The notes beneath the pieces were generated by a model. It was not told the DNA's origin, did not search any database, and worked only from the letters and a program-made list of their open reading frames with translations. The translations under genes and the position numbers were made by a program. Below are positions 25,896 through 36,253 of a stretch of 64,000 nt of DNA, one piece after another (position 1 is the stretch's first letter; every line of letters starts with the position of its first letter). Source of the DNA: Minutocellus sp. GHC0000111 (taxonomy: Eukaryota); assembly GCA_977018835.1 (NCBI GenBank), contig OZ361260.1, positions 496,001-560,000 of the forward strand, read 5' to 3'.

Positions 25896-26528
25896 GGCTG
25901 GTGCCGCGCAGAGTGGAAACACGACGGACAGCGTACAGACCAAAATTCCAAAAGATACGAAACGTGCATGTCAAGCACGTGAAACGAACGAGAACACAAA
26001 AGAAGAGTACGTCTGATGATGCCACCACCTATCGCTGGCTTTCACTCCCACTCATTGACTTAAGAGGGCGCTGTCCATAACTTTTAGGAAGCCCCCAAAA
26101 AGCGTGTTTTGTGCCGTTTTTTCTTCGCACCATCGCCAAAGTTAGCACTCCAACGTGACAATGGGCTCCTCATCGAAGGCCGCCGCTCTCCACAGTGGCG
26201 AAGAGTCATCGACGTTCCTTTCAGCATTAAGTCGGAAATCCCTCCAGGAACACTTGGTTCAGAGGAACTTCGATGAATCAACTCTCCCTCAGAAACACAG
26301 CAGTCGACGCACACATCATCGTCGGATCGACCGAAATTAGTCTCGGCCGACGCACAACCAGCATTGGTGGTGCTGGTGGGAAGATGTCTTGAAGTTTTGC
26401 TGTTGGGAGGTAAGGGGATATTTGTTTGGGGTGTTTTTGCACGTCTCCCTCATTTGGGGTTCTTTTTGTAAGGTTCTCATCGAAAAGCGTGTCTTGCGCC
26501 AGAACCGACACAAAACAAAAAAACAACC

Positions 26529-29057
26529 ATGGAAACATCACGTGCTGACGCCAAGGAGGCAATCCTCTCACTCTTGCTCTCATTCCCAGACGACGTCAGA
26601 TGCACTTGCTACACTGTTGATGAGCTTGTCCGTGTCTTGATGCGCGGTGGTGTGTCGCCGAGCTTAGAGATCTCTCTTGTTCGATCATCTCTTCAACACG
26701 TCCCAACACGACACGAGGTCAACATCCAACGACGACGTCCAGAGAAAACATCAGGCCTTGACGTTGCAAAGCCCTTCTGCCGCTTCTCCAGAACAGCCGA
26801 CAACGCCAGCCCACGCTCTCAACGCAATGGCAAGCGATCACTGCCGACCACACCTGAAAATTGCTTCCAGGACGATGAAAAGCATGGGCCCCATCTCAAC
26901 GCGATGCTGAAATGTCACTCCGACAAGAATTCTTCGGGCGGTCGGTCATCTGCTCCCACCGCCAACGCCACCGATCGTCCCAACATCACCGGCGTGCAGC
27001 TCAACGGCAAAAGAATTGTGGTTGAGATGAAGCAGCTGTGTGATTTCGTGCAGAATCTCCACCGATCGTGCGGCAATCTGCATCTCTCGGCCGAGCCAGT
27101 TCGGCGTGGATTCGGCGTCACATTTGAATGGCGATGCGACAGATGCAACCAACCTTTTTCTTTTTGCACTTGGATCGGCCAGAGGTCAGAAGTTGTGTGC
27201 CCCGGCAGAAAGCATTCTAGAAGTCAGGCTGGAATGAACTTGGAGCTGATGGAGGCAGCGGAAGATGAGGCCATGCACGCAAGTCGCTTCATGAATTTCT
27301 GCACGAAGGCCGACATCGTCCATCCGACCGAAAAGAGTGCCCGACAGGTGGAAAAGAAATGCAGAGCAGCGGCTGTTGAAGCAGCTGATGAAATCATTGA
27401 CGAGAACAGGGCAAAAGCATGTGCCGCTAGCAGCAAGACTGTTGAGTTTGAACAAGGCGGCGAGATGCACACGGCGGCGGTGGTTGCGGTGGCCCAAGAC
27501 GGCAGCGCCCTCAAACGCGACTACGGCCATTGCTACACTGGCTCTGCTGCAGCGGCATTTGCCGTAGACAAGGAAACTGGCCTTGTTGTTGACAAGGGAA
27601 TCTCTCAGGCAAGCTGCCACTGTTGCGTGAGAGCCTGCAATGCAAGATTGAGGGAGAGGCGGGAAGCCGGCAATCCAACAACGCCGAGTGAGCTCAAAAA
27701 CATGAGCAAGGATGAGACACTGGCCCTGTACGACCATGATGGCTTCTGCTGTCGCAACTCTTCCTGCTCCCCCGGTGTGGCAGAGGAGCATCTGGCCGAG
27801 AATGTTGGACGGAATCTTCTGGTCGACGATGAAGGAAGCGTGCAGGCGTGTCCTCTTTTCGTTGAGAAGCACGTTGCCGATGGCGACAGCAAAGGCATTG
27901 CTAGGGCAGCAGCCGCTCAGGAAGACATAGTAGGTGATGAGTTGGCTTCTGGTGTTGAGCTTTGCCGTGACTTTAATCATCTGAGCAATTCAATTGACTC
28001 AGGCTTTCGAAAAGTATGCAAAGGAGTTGAAAATTTTAATGCCATCCCCCGACCACGCATCAATCGGATGAAACAGGACATTTCGAAGATTGCTGATCGG
28101 CACAAGCACAGCGTTCTCGATCAGCCCGATGGTGCTGTGTCCGAGGAGGAAAAACAAAGTCATCTGGCCCTCCTTCAGAAAGAACTCCAGTCCGTCGTTC
28201 GTCACCAATGTGGCATTCACACTTTTTGCACCACCAACACGTGTGATTGGATTCGCCTCAGCATTGCTCATCCTGATTGGAGTGATGGCAAGCTCGATGA
28301 GGAATGGAGCTCGGGGAATCAATTCGATGGCGACATATTGGAGATTAGTGACGACACGATTCGCAAGATGACGCTTGAAATAACCAAGAGAATCAACAAG
28401 AATACTGCCAACTCCAACTGCAAGAAGGAATCTACCACCAGCGTCGAACAGCTCAACGGGATGGTGACGAAGTTCACGATGGGGAAAAGGCCGAATTTGA
28501 CTGCTTCAGACGCCTACCCAAATGCAACAAGTAGAGCCGCTGGCCACAAGTCACTGGGTACGGAATTCAATGAGCGAGTTCTTGGAAAGTTGGGATCGAG
28601 GGATTCTCCTACCCGAAAAGATGGATTCGATGCAATTGACCGGAAGCTCGAGGGCGACCTTGCGCGTAAGCGCACCGATGAGTACAAAAAGAGCAAGAGC
28701 GACAGCAAGCGCCTTCGAGCAGCCTTGCGAAACAGAAGCGAGAAAGACGACAAGGACTATGTGTACAAGAAGAACAGGGCCCTAGCTGCTGGTAAGGCGA
28801 AACCAGCAAAGCCTGGCCGCAAGAAGAAGATTGACCAGCAGTGTCAGAAATGCAAGCAGCTTGGCCACACTCGGGCTGAATGTCAATGCGACGATGCTGA
28901 CGACGTTGTCGTTTACGCCGGAAAGAAGCGCAGAAGCCCAGGCAGCAACAAGAAATCTGCAAGAAATAATAAGAAAGCTAAGACAAACTTCGGTGCATCG
29001 GCAAATGATGTTAGCTCTTGGATGCCGGCGATAATGAGAGAAAATGGCAGCTTGTAA
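26529..29057 (+). CDS. Kolobok DDE transposase (Mutator-like transposase domain) with C-terminal CCHC knuckle, 842 aa
   Basis: AQDGSALKR (D1), ETGLVVD..SCHCC...H..C.RN, VADGDSK (D2), DFNH, TTSVEQLNG (E); CQKCKQLGHTRAEC knuckle; lies inside the TIRs. Confidence 0.88.
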   Translation: METSRADAKEAILSLLLSFPDDVRCTCYTVDELVRVLMRGGVSPSLEISLVRSSLQHVPTRHEVNIQRRRPEKTSGLDVAKPFCRFSRTADNASPRSQRNGKRSLPTTPENCFQDDEKHGPHLNAMLKCHSDKNSSGGRSSAPTANATDRPNITGVQLNGKRIVVEMKQLCDFVQNLHRSCGNLHLSAEPVRRGFGVTFEWRCDRCNQPFSFCTWIGQRSEVVCPGRKHSRSQAGMNLELMEAAEDEAMHASRFMNFCTKADIVHPTEKSARQVEKKCRAAAVEAADEIIDENRAKACAASSKTVEFEQGGEMHTAAVVAVAQDGSALKRDYGHCYTGSAAAAFAVDKETGLVVDKGISQASCHCCVRACNARLRERREAGNPTTPSELKNMSKDETLALYDHDGFCCRNSSCSPGVAEEHLAENVGRNLLVDDEGSVQACPLFVEKHVADGDSKGIARAAAAQEDIVGDELASGVELCRDFNHLSNSIDSGFRKVCKGVENFNAIPRPRINRMKQDISKIADRHKHSVLDQPDGAVSEEEKQSHLALLQKELQSVVRHQCGIHTFCTTNTCDWIRLSIAHPDWSDGKLDEEWSSGNQFDGDILEISDDTIRKMTLEITKRINKNTANSNCKKESTTSVEQLNGMVTKFTMGKRPNLTASDAYPNATSRAAGHKSLGTEFNERVLGKLGSRDSPTRKDGFDAIDRKLEGDLARKRTDEYKKSKSDSKRLRAALRNRSEKDDKDYVYKKNRALAAGKAKPAKPGRKKKIDQQCQKCKQLGHTRAECQCDDADDVVVYAGKKRRSPGSNKKSARNNKKAKTNFGASANDVSSWMPAIMRENGSL

Positions 29058-29161
29058 ACACGTGTAAAATATTTTATCACTGTAAATAAAAATGGATTTA
29101 TTGTGTGCTGCTACTCACGTGCTACGCACATTCTTGTTATCTGCATGTGTTGAGGTAATGA

Positions 29162-30391
29162 TTATGCATTTTCCTCTTCTTCTTCCTCTTCATCTTGATG
29201 ACCAGGGATGAATCCAACATATCGTTCACCTTTATCATTTGGATAAATGAACCTAATGCAAAAGACTAGACAGGTTGGCAAGGGCTTCCGATCAAGCCAA
29301 CCTCTCACATGATACACCTCAGTTGCATAGTACCAATACAGCATGTTCCTCTTCAAATTATTTGCCATGGCTTCGACTGGCATGGTGGTTGCGTAGTATT
29401 TGTCAGCGATATCCTCCAGGTCCTCCTCCGTCGGCACCAGCATTTCTTCGCAGACGCATTTCTGAAAGAAGAGTGTGCCGTACATTGAGCAGCTTCGGTT
29501 GGCGGCAGTGCAGCAAGCAGGGGGTATTGGTGGCCTCTCTCTGGTCTCGTCCCAATTACCGAATGTGTCTGCCTCCGGCGCTGCCGTCGGATCATCGTCG
29601 GCTTCCTCACAAACGGCCGCAACAAGAGCATCCGTGTCCGATCTGATCGCTGCTGATGGCCCACCATCTACCTGCAGAAGTTGGCCCATTCCAACAATAT
29701 CAAAATCAACTAGTCCAATCCCAGCAGTAGAGTGTATGTCATCATATGGAGCCACATGCCATCGGTGGAACTTTGTCAATTTGATCACATGGCCCTGTTG
29801 TAGACTTCGGGCCTTTTCGGTAATTGTCAGGGCAACACGAGCGACGATAAGCTTTCCGCTTCCATCAAGCAAAGTAAGCGATGTGGTGTTGAAAGGTCGG
29901 CCGTGCGCAGCAAGAGCCGATCCAATATCGATCCGTTTCCCATGAAGTTGAAATATAGGGAAGAATTCAGGTCCGGCGTCAAACATGGGATCTTGCAATT
30001 GATCGACGATGCCGACCGTCAGCCTCAACTTCACATCAGCCACGGACAGGTTGGTAACTACGAGGCCGGGCCGCTCAGCAGCGACATCAATATCATCCCG
30101 AACATGATACTTATCAGCGCGAGCCTCGACTGCTTTGACAAGATGTTGAAGTGCATGGCCGACGCCGGGATTGTTCCATAATTCTCGTCCTTGTCCGTTC
30201 GGGTCGTTCTCCAACGTGACGGCGAGGCCCTCCAGTATCTCGGTAACGGCGTCTTTCGCTTTGTCCTCCGCCTTCTCTTTCTTCTTGTCAACAGGCAAAA
30301 TCGGGCGACCGGAGTTATCTGTCTTGAGTTTCCGCAACCGCGTATCTGCGTTGTGGGCCGGGCCAGCACTATTATCAGCGCTGCGCTTCAT
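29162..30391 (-). CDS. KolX-like accessory protein (P2X7 C-terminal-like domain), possible OB-fold in the middle, 409 aa
   Basis: C-terminal RNMLYWYYA..GWLDRKPLPTCLVFCIRFIYPNDKGERYVGF matches the KolX/P2X7-C R..LP.C.V..IR...P....Y.GF pattern and is preceded by a Cys cluster; convergent with the transposase. Confidence 0.78.
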   Translation of the reverse strand: MKRSADNSAGPAHNADTRLRKLKTDNSGRPILPVDKKKEKAEDKAKDAVTEILEGLAVTLENDPNGQGRELWNNPGVGHALQHLVKAVEARADKYHVRDDIDVAAERPGLVVTNLSVADVKLRLTVGIVDQLQDPMFDAGPEFFPIFQLHGKRIDIGSALAAHGRPFNTTSLTLLDGSGKLIVARVALTITEKARSLQQGHVIKLTKFHRWHVAPYDDIHSTAGIGLVDFDIVGMGQLLQVDGGPSAAIRSDTDALVAAVCEEADDDPTAAPEADTFGNWDETRERPPIPPACCTAANRSCSMYGTLFFQKCVCEEMLVPTEEDLEDIADKYYATTMPVEAMANNLKRNMLYWYYATEVYHVRGWLDRKPLPTCLVFCIRFIYPNDKGERYVGFIPGHQDEEEEEEENA

Positions 30392-30584
30392 CGTAATGAA
30401 GAGGGGGCAGAGCGGCGATTCTCATGGTGGGGTCGAGTTTTTGTCATGCTTCGCTCGTCATAAGAAATAAGAATAAGGGGGATTAAAAACGGGGAAAATT
30501 ATGGACAGCGCCCTCTTAAGGTATCGTCCTTAGTACAAAACGAGGAATAAATAAAGATGCAAATGATTCTCAATTTTCACTCAC

Positions 30585-31941
30585 CAGTAGATGTTCCAAT
30601 AGATGCCAAAATGCGTCCATTGTTTGTCGGGAGTTTATAAGATTGCTCCCAAACGCCTGCGTCATGATTCCACATGCAACAACGGCTATAACACCGGAGG
30701 TTCCACCTATGATTTCTGCAACATAGAATGTAAGATACGCCATTCCGAGTGTAGCTGAAACCTGGACCACATTTTCCTCATTGTCGAGCCGGCGTCGAAG
30801 AAGAAATAGCAGCAGCAAGAGGGCCAGTCCAAAGCCAATGCCAATAGCAGCCCCGCCGAGAGACATTTTGAAGAAGATTGCAAAGCCTTGCCCGACACCA
30901 ATCTCTTCACCGAGTCCCTCAATCCCAAGTTCAGCAAGAAATATGCTCGAGAAGATGGAATAAAATACGACAGCACTGCCATCGTTTAGGAGTGATTCGC
31001 CTGTTGTTTGGACATCATGAATAGGAAATATGTATGTAATATAACGCTGATGAGAGGAACAGATAGTGGCGAGTTGCAAGAGAAGTAATGACTTCAAGCC
31101 GACCTACCTGACACATGCATCTTCAACCGAGGTGGGGCCCCAACTTCGTTCAAGAGTGCACTAACAGCGACCGGGTCTGTAGCCGCGAGGATCGACCCAA
31201 AGGTCATGGCAAGAGAGAAAGACCAGCTGTACGGGAAAACATAAAAACCAATCAAGGCGACGAGGCACGTTCCAGCCAATACCATTGGGAATGCCTTCGT
31301 GAGAAGCTGCCAGAAGCTCGCACGAAAGAGGTGAAAGTTGACCTCAAATGCATCCTTGAACAAAAGTCCTGGCAAGAAGACCAGCAGTAGGACATGCCCA
31401 TCAATATTGACCCATTGCATGACGGATGTAGCGAGATCGTTTGTTGTTGAGCCCGTACGGAGAATGACGCCGATTCCCATGAACATTCCAACCAGAAACA
31501 TTATCGCGGTGTAAGGTAATGCATGGCAGTAGCGCTGGTAATTAGAAGAGAAGAGAAGAGGATATCGAAAAGAAGAAATGTCAGAATATCAGTAATGATG
31601 TATGAAGAAGTACCAAACAAGACATCGATTCTCGTTTTGCATGATCCCAAATGATGCTAGAATGCTGCACTTACCGAAAGCACGAAGAAAACTAGCACTC
31701 CAATGATCTCGGCAAACCAAGGGAATAGGATGGCGGTGACTGGATGAGATCCATGGTCACCCCCTCCACCTTCGCCGGCGTCATGCGGGTCGGTTCCATA
31801 AGCATGACCATCAGGATCAGCGCCGGTCTTCTCTTCGCTGTGATCGACGACTTCGGAAGCGGCTGCCGCAGCTGTCACAGCAAGTGTTGCCAGATACACC
31901 AGTATTGCCGCCAAGCGGGCGGTCTTATTCGTTGATTTCAT
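30585..31941 (-). pseudogene. 5' fragment of a CPA1 Na+/H+ antiporter (SOS1/NHX7-like); exons 31941-31675, 31534-31108, 31000-30585; truncated at the transposon
   Basis: VFLPGLLFKDA, GSILAATDPVAV, GESLLNDG and GTSGVIAVV motifs; canonical introns. The third donor (GTGAGT at 30584) runs into the Kolobok end, and no continuation was found on the far side. Confidence 0.85.
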
Positions 31942-32129
31942 TATAAAGAAGCCTTTTGGCTGATGAATTGTTGTTGTTTTGTGAGTTGTGGCGTCGACGA
32001 AGCATATCTTCTCTGCCTTCCATCGCGGATGGTCTTGGGCATGGCGCCAAAAAAGAGAACTCAAAATTTTGGCGGCGGTGTCGAGATTGTGTCAGATGGC
32101 AGTTCGCCAGCAGGCTCAGGCTATTGTGC

Positions 32130-32329
32130 NNNNNNNNNNNNNNNNNNNNNNNNNNNNNNNNNNNNNNNNNNNNNNNNNNNNNNNNNNNNNNNNNNNNNNN
32201 NNNNNNNNNNNNNNNNNNNNNNNNNNNNNNNNNNNNNNNNNNNNNNNNNNNNNNNNNNNNNNNNNNNNNNNNNNNNNNNNNNNNNNNNNNNNNNNNNNNN
32301 NNNNNNNNNNNNNNNNNNNNNNNNNNNNN
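32130..32329. other. Assembly gap (200 N)
   Basis: Run of N. Confidence 1.
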
Positions 32330-32553
32330 CGGATCAATACCTGGCTGTCTTTGCTTTTGGCTCTTCGTCTCCACGTAGATACGGTAAAATGACTAGACCT
32401 GCCACATCAAATCGAGCCAAAGAGAAAGAGATCCGAGCTCATCGATTGAACCCCATCGCTCCAGTGCTGTGATGTGCCCAAAATCAAAGAAATCATCAAG
32501 GACAAAGCGGAACAAAGCAGGATTGATGTTGAATTGCAATTCCTGAAGGAACG

Positions 32554-33507
32554 TTAGGGCCGATTTTGTGATTCCAAGACAGGTGTTCTCGTATCCTGTC
32601 TGGAGGAGATACGAACATTCAAAGGTGAAAGGTCGGCACTTGTATTATATCTTTCAATGTAATCGCCGATAGCCTGCCGAATCCCCGTATCGAGGTGGAC
32701 ACAAAAGGACGGAGGGCCAGCATTTTGGCGCAAACCCAATTCATCCGACGTGAATATAGATCTACACAATGAACGACATAAGTCTATCGCTTTCTCGAAG
32801 ATACTCGGCCCCACCTGGGCGAGATGCATGATGTCCAATCTCTAGCAGACTTTGAGGCACGGCATATTAGCACCGCCAAAAACATCAAGAAAGGGAAAGA
32901 CAGAACAAACGCGTTGACACAATGCGCAAGGCGCACTGCCATCACGAGCCTCGCACATGTGCACATTATCATCCTTGGAAATAACGTCCAAACGGCGTAG
33001 AGGCTGCAGTGCTCGAGATTCAAATGCGCCACACAGTGAGCAAATCATTCGCCGAAAGAGTTGTGTATTGATGTCAGTTGACATAATAGCAGCGCTATTG
33101 GTTTGATCAGAGAGGCAGTGCCATGGCCCAAACAACTCAAAATAACGATCGGGGAGAATGAAACCAATTTTGACGCATCTCAGTGTTGGGAAACACAAGA
33201 GGAACGGAACAATCTTGCTGACGGTCAGAGAACAAACTTCCATCATGGCATTGCCAAAAGAATGTTTTACGTCATCGAGAGTCCTCTTGGGCTTGCAAAG
33301 GCAAAGAATGTTGACTTCAGTGACGTTGGAGAATCTCCGACCCGTAGGAAAATCCATCTCCAAAGGGGAAAAGACGTTGACCACTTCGATGTGATCGGCC
33401 ACATTGCGGCGAAATACGCGGCCGATTCGGAGGCTAGATCGAACATCGGCATAGGGGAGAAAATTCAGCGTTGATCCCCATACCACGGGCGGGAGGGAGG
33501 GTGCCAT
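32554..33507 (-). pseudogene. Mirror copy of the F-box-like gene, with in-frame TAG at 32844-32842
   Basis: Translation identical to 34957-35910. Confidence 0.6.
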
Positions 33508-33705
33508 CTGTCTGCGCCCCACCGGTCGGTGAGATTCGATCAACTTAGAACGCACCGCCAATGCTCAAATGATGAGGATACCAGGAGGAAGCATCTTCCA
33601 CGGTGCCCAGAGAAAAGTGGAGCATTCCACGATGTGGAAGCTCACAATCTGAACTGAAAGCTAAACGAATAGCAATCCAATAATGCCAGCACAACCCGTC
33701 GATTT

Positions 33706-34260
33706 TTACACACCGCCCTTGTGGTAGCATTGGCCCATCCCCATCCGCATGACGGCCTCGGCACCGCCAAAGGTCTTGAGCAGACCCGGCGGGAGGAATC
33801 CGTTCTCGCACGCACACCGCCACGTGTTGCTGTTGGTGGTGCCCAAGTCGTCGTCATTTTCATCCTCCTCCTCCTCTTTGTTTTTGCTTCCAGAAGCTGA
33901 ATCTTCAGCTTGATTTTCGGATGTCTTTGCGCCGAGGGCATCGGTCTCCTCTCGGCTTGTATTATCATCACCACCACCATCATCATCATGATCATCCCCA
34001 TTCCCGGACGTGCTCGGCGGTACCTTGTCAGCGCTGACGTGTTGTACGTCTCTGTAGGCGTCGTTCAGTATCTAGGTCTCCACCGTCACTACCGGTACTC
34101 CATCGTCACCCATGAAGAAGAGGATGACGACGAGGGCAGTGGCACCGAGGGCGTAGCGAATGATGGGGTGGATGTAAGCGATGGGCAGCCAATTGTCGAG
34201 GGGCAGGACGGCGACGGCGAGGGAGCCGTACCATAGGACGGAGTCCAGCGATACCGCCAT
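33706..34260 (-). pseudogene. Small membrane-anchored protein ending WRCACENGFLPPGLLKTFGGAEAVMRMGMGQCYHK, with in-frame TAG at 34074-34072; 5'-truncated copy at 34390-34758 (+)
   Basis: MAVSLDSVLW...VET*ILNDAYRD...CYHKGGV reads in one frame across a single TAG; N-terminal hydrophobic segments, acidic linker and Cys-motif tail. The ORF track does not join it. Confidence 0.6.
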
Positions 34261-34956
34261 GGTTGGAAGGTCGGGTTGGTAACCAAACGGTTGTGCCGTT
34301 GTGCCGGTGCCAGTCAGTGGCGTCAGTGGCCGTGGGCGCGTGGGCGTCCAGATGACTTCGCCGATAAAACTCCGCCGATAGATCTGAGATAGATACTGAA
34401 CGACGCCTACAGAGACGTACAACACGTCAGCGCTGACAAGGTACCGCCGAGCACGTCCGGGAATGGGGATGATCATGATGATGATGGTGGTGGTGATGAT
34501 AATACAAGCCGAGAGGAGACCGATGCCCTCGGCGCAAAGACATCCGAAAATCAAGCTGAAGATTCAGCTTCTGGAAGCAAAAACAAAGAGGAGGAGGAGG
34601 ATGAAAATGACGACGACTTGGGCACCACCAACAGCAACACGTGGCGGTGTGCGTGCGAGAACGGATTCCTCCCGCCGGGTCTGCTCAAGACCTTTGGCGG
34701 TGCCGAGGCCGTCATGCGGATGGGGATGGGCCAATGCTACCACAAGGGCGGTGTGTAAAAATCGACGGGTTGTGCTGGCATTATTGGATTGCTATTCGTT
34801 TAGCTTTCAGTTCAGATTGTGAGCTTCCACATCGTGGAATGCTCCACTTTTCTCTGGGCACCGTGGAAGATGCTTCCTCCTGGTATCCTCATCATTTGAG
34901 CATTGGCGGTGCGTTCTAAGTTGATCGAATCTCACCGACCGGTGGGGCGCAGACAG

Positions 34957-35910
34957 ATGGCACCCTCCCTCCCGCCCGTGGTATGGGGATCAACGCTGAA
35001 TTTTCTCCCCTATGCCGATGTTCGATCTAGCCTCCGAATCGGCCGCGTATTTCGCCGCAATGTGGCCGATCACATCGAAGTGGTCAACGTCTTTTCCCCT
35101 TTGGAGATGGATTTTCCTACGGGTCGGAGATTCTCCAACGTCACTGAAGTCAACATTCTTTGCCTTTGCAAGCCCAAGAGGACTCTCGATGACGTAAAAC
35201 ATTCTTTTGGCAATGCCATGATGGAAGTTTGTTCTCTGACCGTCAGCAAGATTGTTCCGTTCCTCTTGTGTTTCCCAACACTGAGATGCGTCAAAATTGG
35301 TTTCATTCTCCCCGATCGTTATTTTGAGTTGTTTGGGCCATGGCACTGCCTCTCTGATCAAACCAATAGCGCTGCTATTATGTCAACTGACATCAATACA
35401 CAACTCTTTCGGCGAATGATTTGCTCACTGTGTGGCGCATTTGAATCTCGAGCACTGCAGCCTCTACGCCGTTTGGACGTTATTTCCAAGGATGATAATG
35501 TGCACATGTGCGAGGCTCGTGATGGCAGTGCGCCTTGCGCATTGTGTCAACGCGTTTGTTCTGTCTTTCCCTTTCTTGATGTTTTTGGCGGTGCTAATAT
35601 GCCGTGCCTCAAAGTCTGCTAGAGATTGGACATCATGCATCTCGCCCAGGTGGGGCCGAGTATCTTCGAGAAAGCGATAGACTTATGTCGTTCATTGTGT
35701 AGATCTATATTCACGTCGGATGAATTGGGTTTGCGCCAAAATGCTGGCCCTCCGTCCTTTTGTGTCCACCTCGATACGGGGATTCGGCAGGCTATCGGCG
35801 ATTACATTGAAAGATATAATACAAGTGCCGACCTTTCACCTTTGAATGTTCGTATCTCCTCCAGACAGGATACGAGAACACCTGTCTTGGAATCACAAAA
35901 TCGGCCCTAA
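34957..35910 (+). pseudogene. Hypothetical protein with F-box-like N-terminus; in-frame TAG at 35620-35622
   Basis: LPPVVWGSTLNFLPYADVRS start. ORFs 34903-35622 and 35626-35910 share a frame (CLKVC*RLDIM). Confidence 0.6.
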
Positions 35911-36253
35911 CGTTCCTTCAGGAATTGCAATTCAACATCAATCCTGCTTTGTTCCGCTTTGTCCTTGATGATTTCTTTGATTTTGGGCACATCACAGCAC
36001 TGGAGCGATGGGGTTCAATCGATGAGCTCGGATCTCTTTCTCTTTGGCTCGATTTGATGTGGCAGGTCTAGTCATTTTACCGTATCTACGTGGAGACGAA
36101 GAGCCAAAAGCAAAGACAGCCAGGTATTGATCCGGCTTATCTTCATTTTAAAAAGCTTTTATGTTACGTTTAAAGTCTATATCTGTGTGCGTCGGAGTGT
36201 ACGTATCGATTTTCCTCTGCTCTCTCTCTCTTTCTATTGTGCTTCATTCAAAA

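Larger units (their letters stand above)
26064..30515. mobile_element. Complete Kolobok-type DNA transposon, 4452 bp
   Basis: Perfect 17-bp TIR GAGGGCGCTGTCCATAA (26064-26080; reverse complement 30499-30515). TTAA on both sides (26060-63, 30516-19), RR...YY termini, and two convergent ORFs (DDE transposase and KolX-like). Confidence 0.9.
32330..36134. repeat. Inverted duplication: arms 32330-34074 and 34390-36134 (1745 bp each) with a 315-bp spacer
   Basis: Mirror ORF pairs have identical translations and a constant coordinate sum of 68464; arm ends were checked by reverse complement. Confidence 0.97.

Noticed and set aside
26064..30515. piggyBac or MuDR assignment for the transposon
   Set aside because: piggyBac termini are typically CC..GG with a different transposase, and MuDR has long TIRs and 8-11 bp TSDs. 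The GA termini, TTAA flanks and KolX-like ORF fit Kolobok.
31925..32472. ORFs spanning the N run
   Set aside because: Artefacts of translating through the gap.
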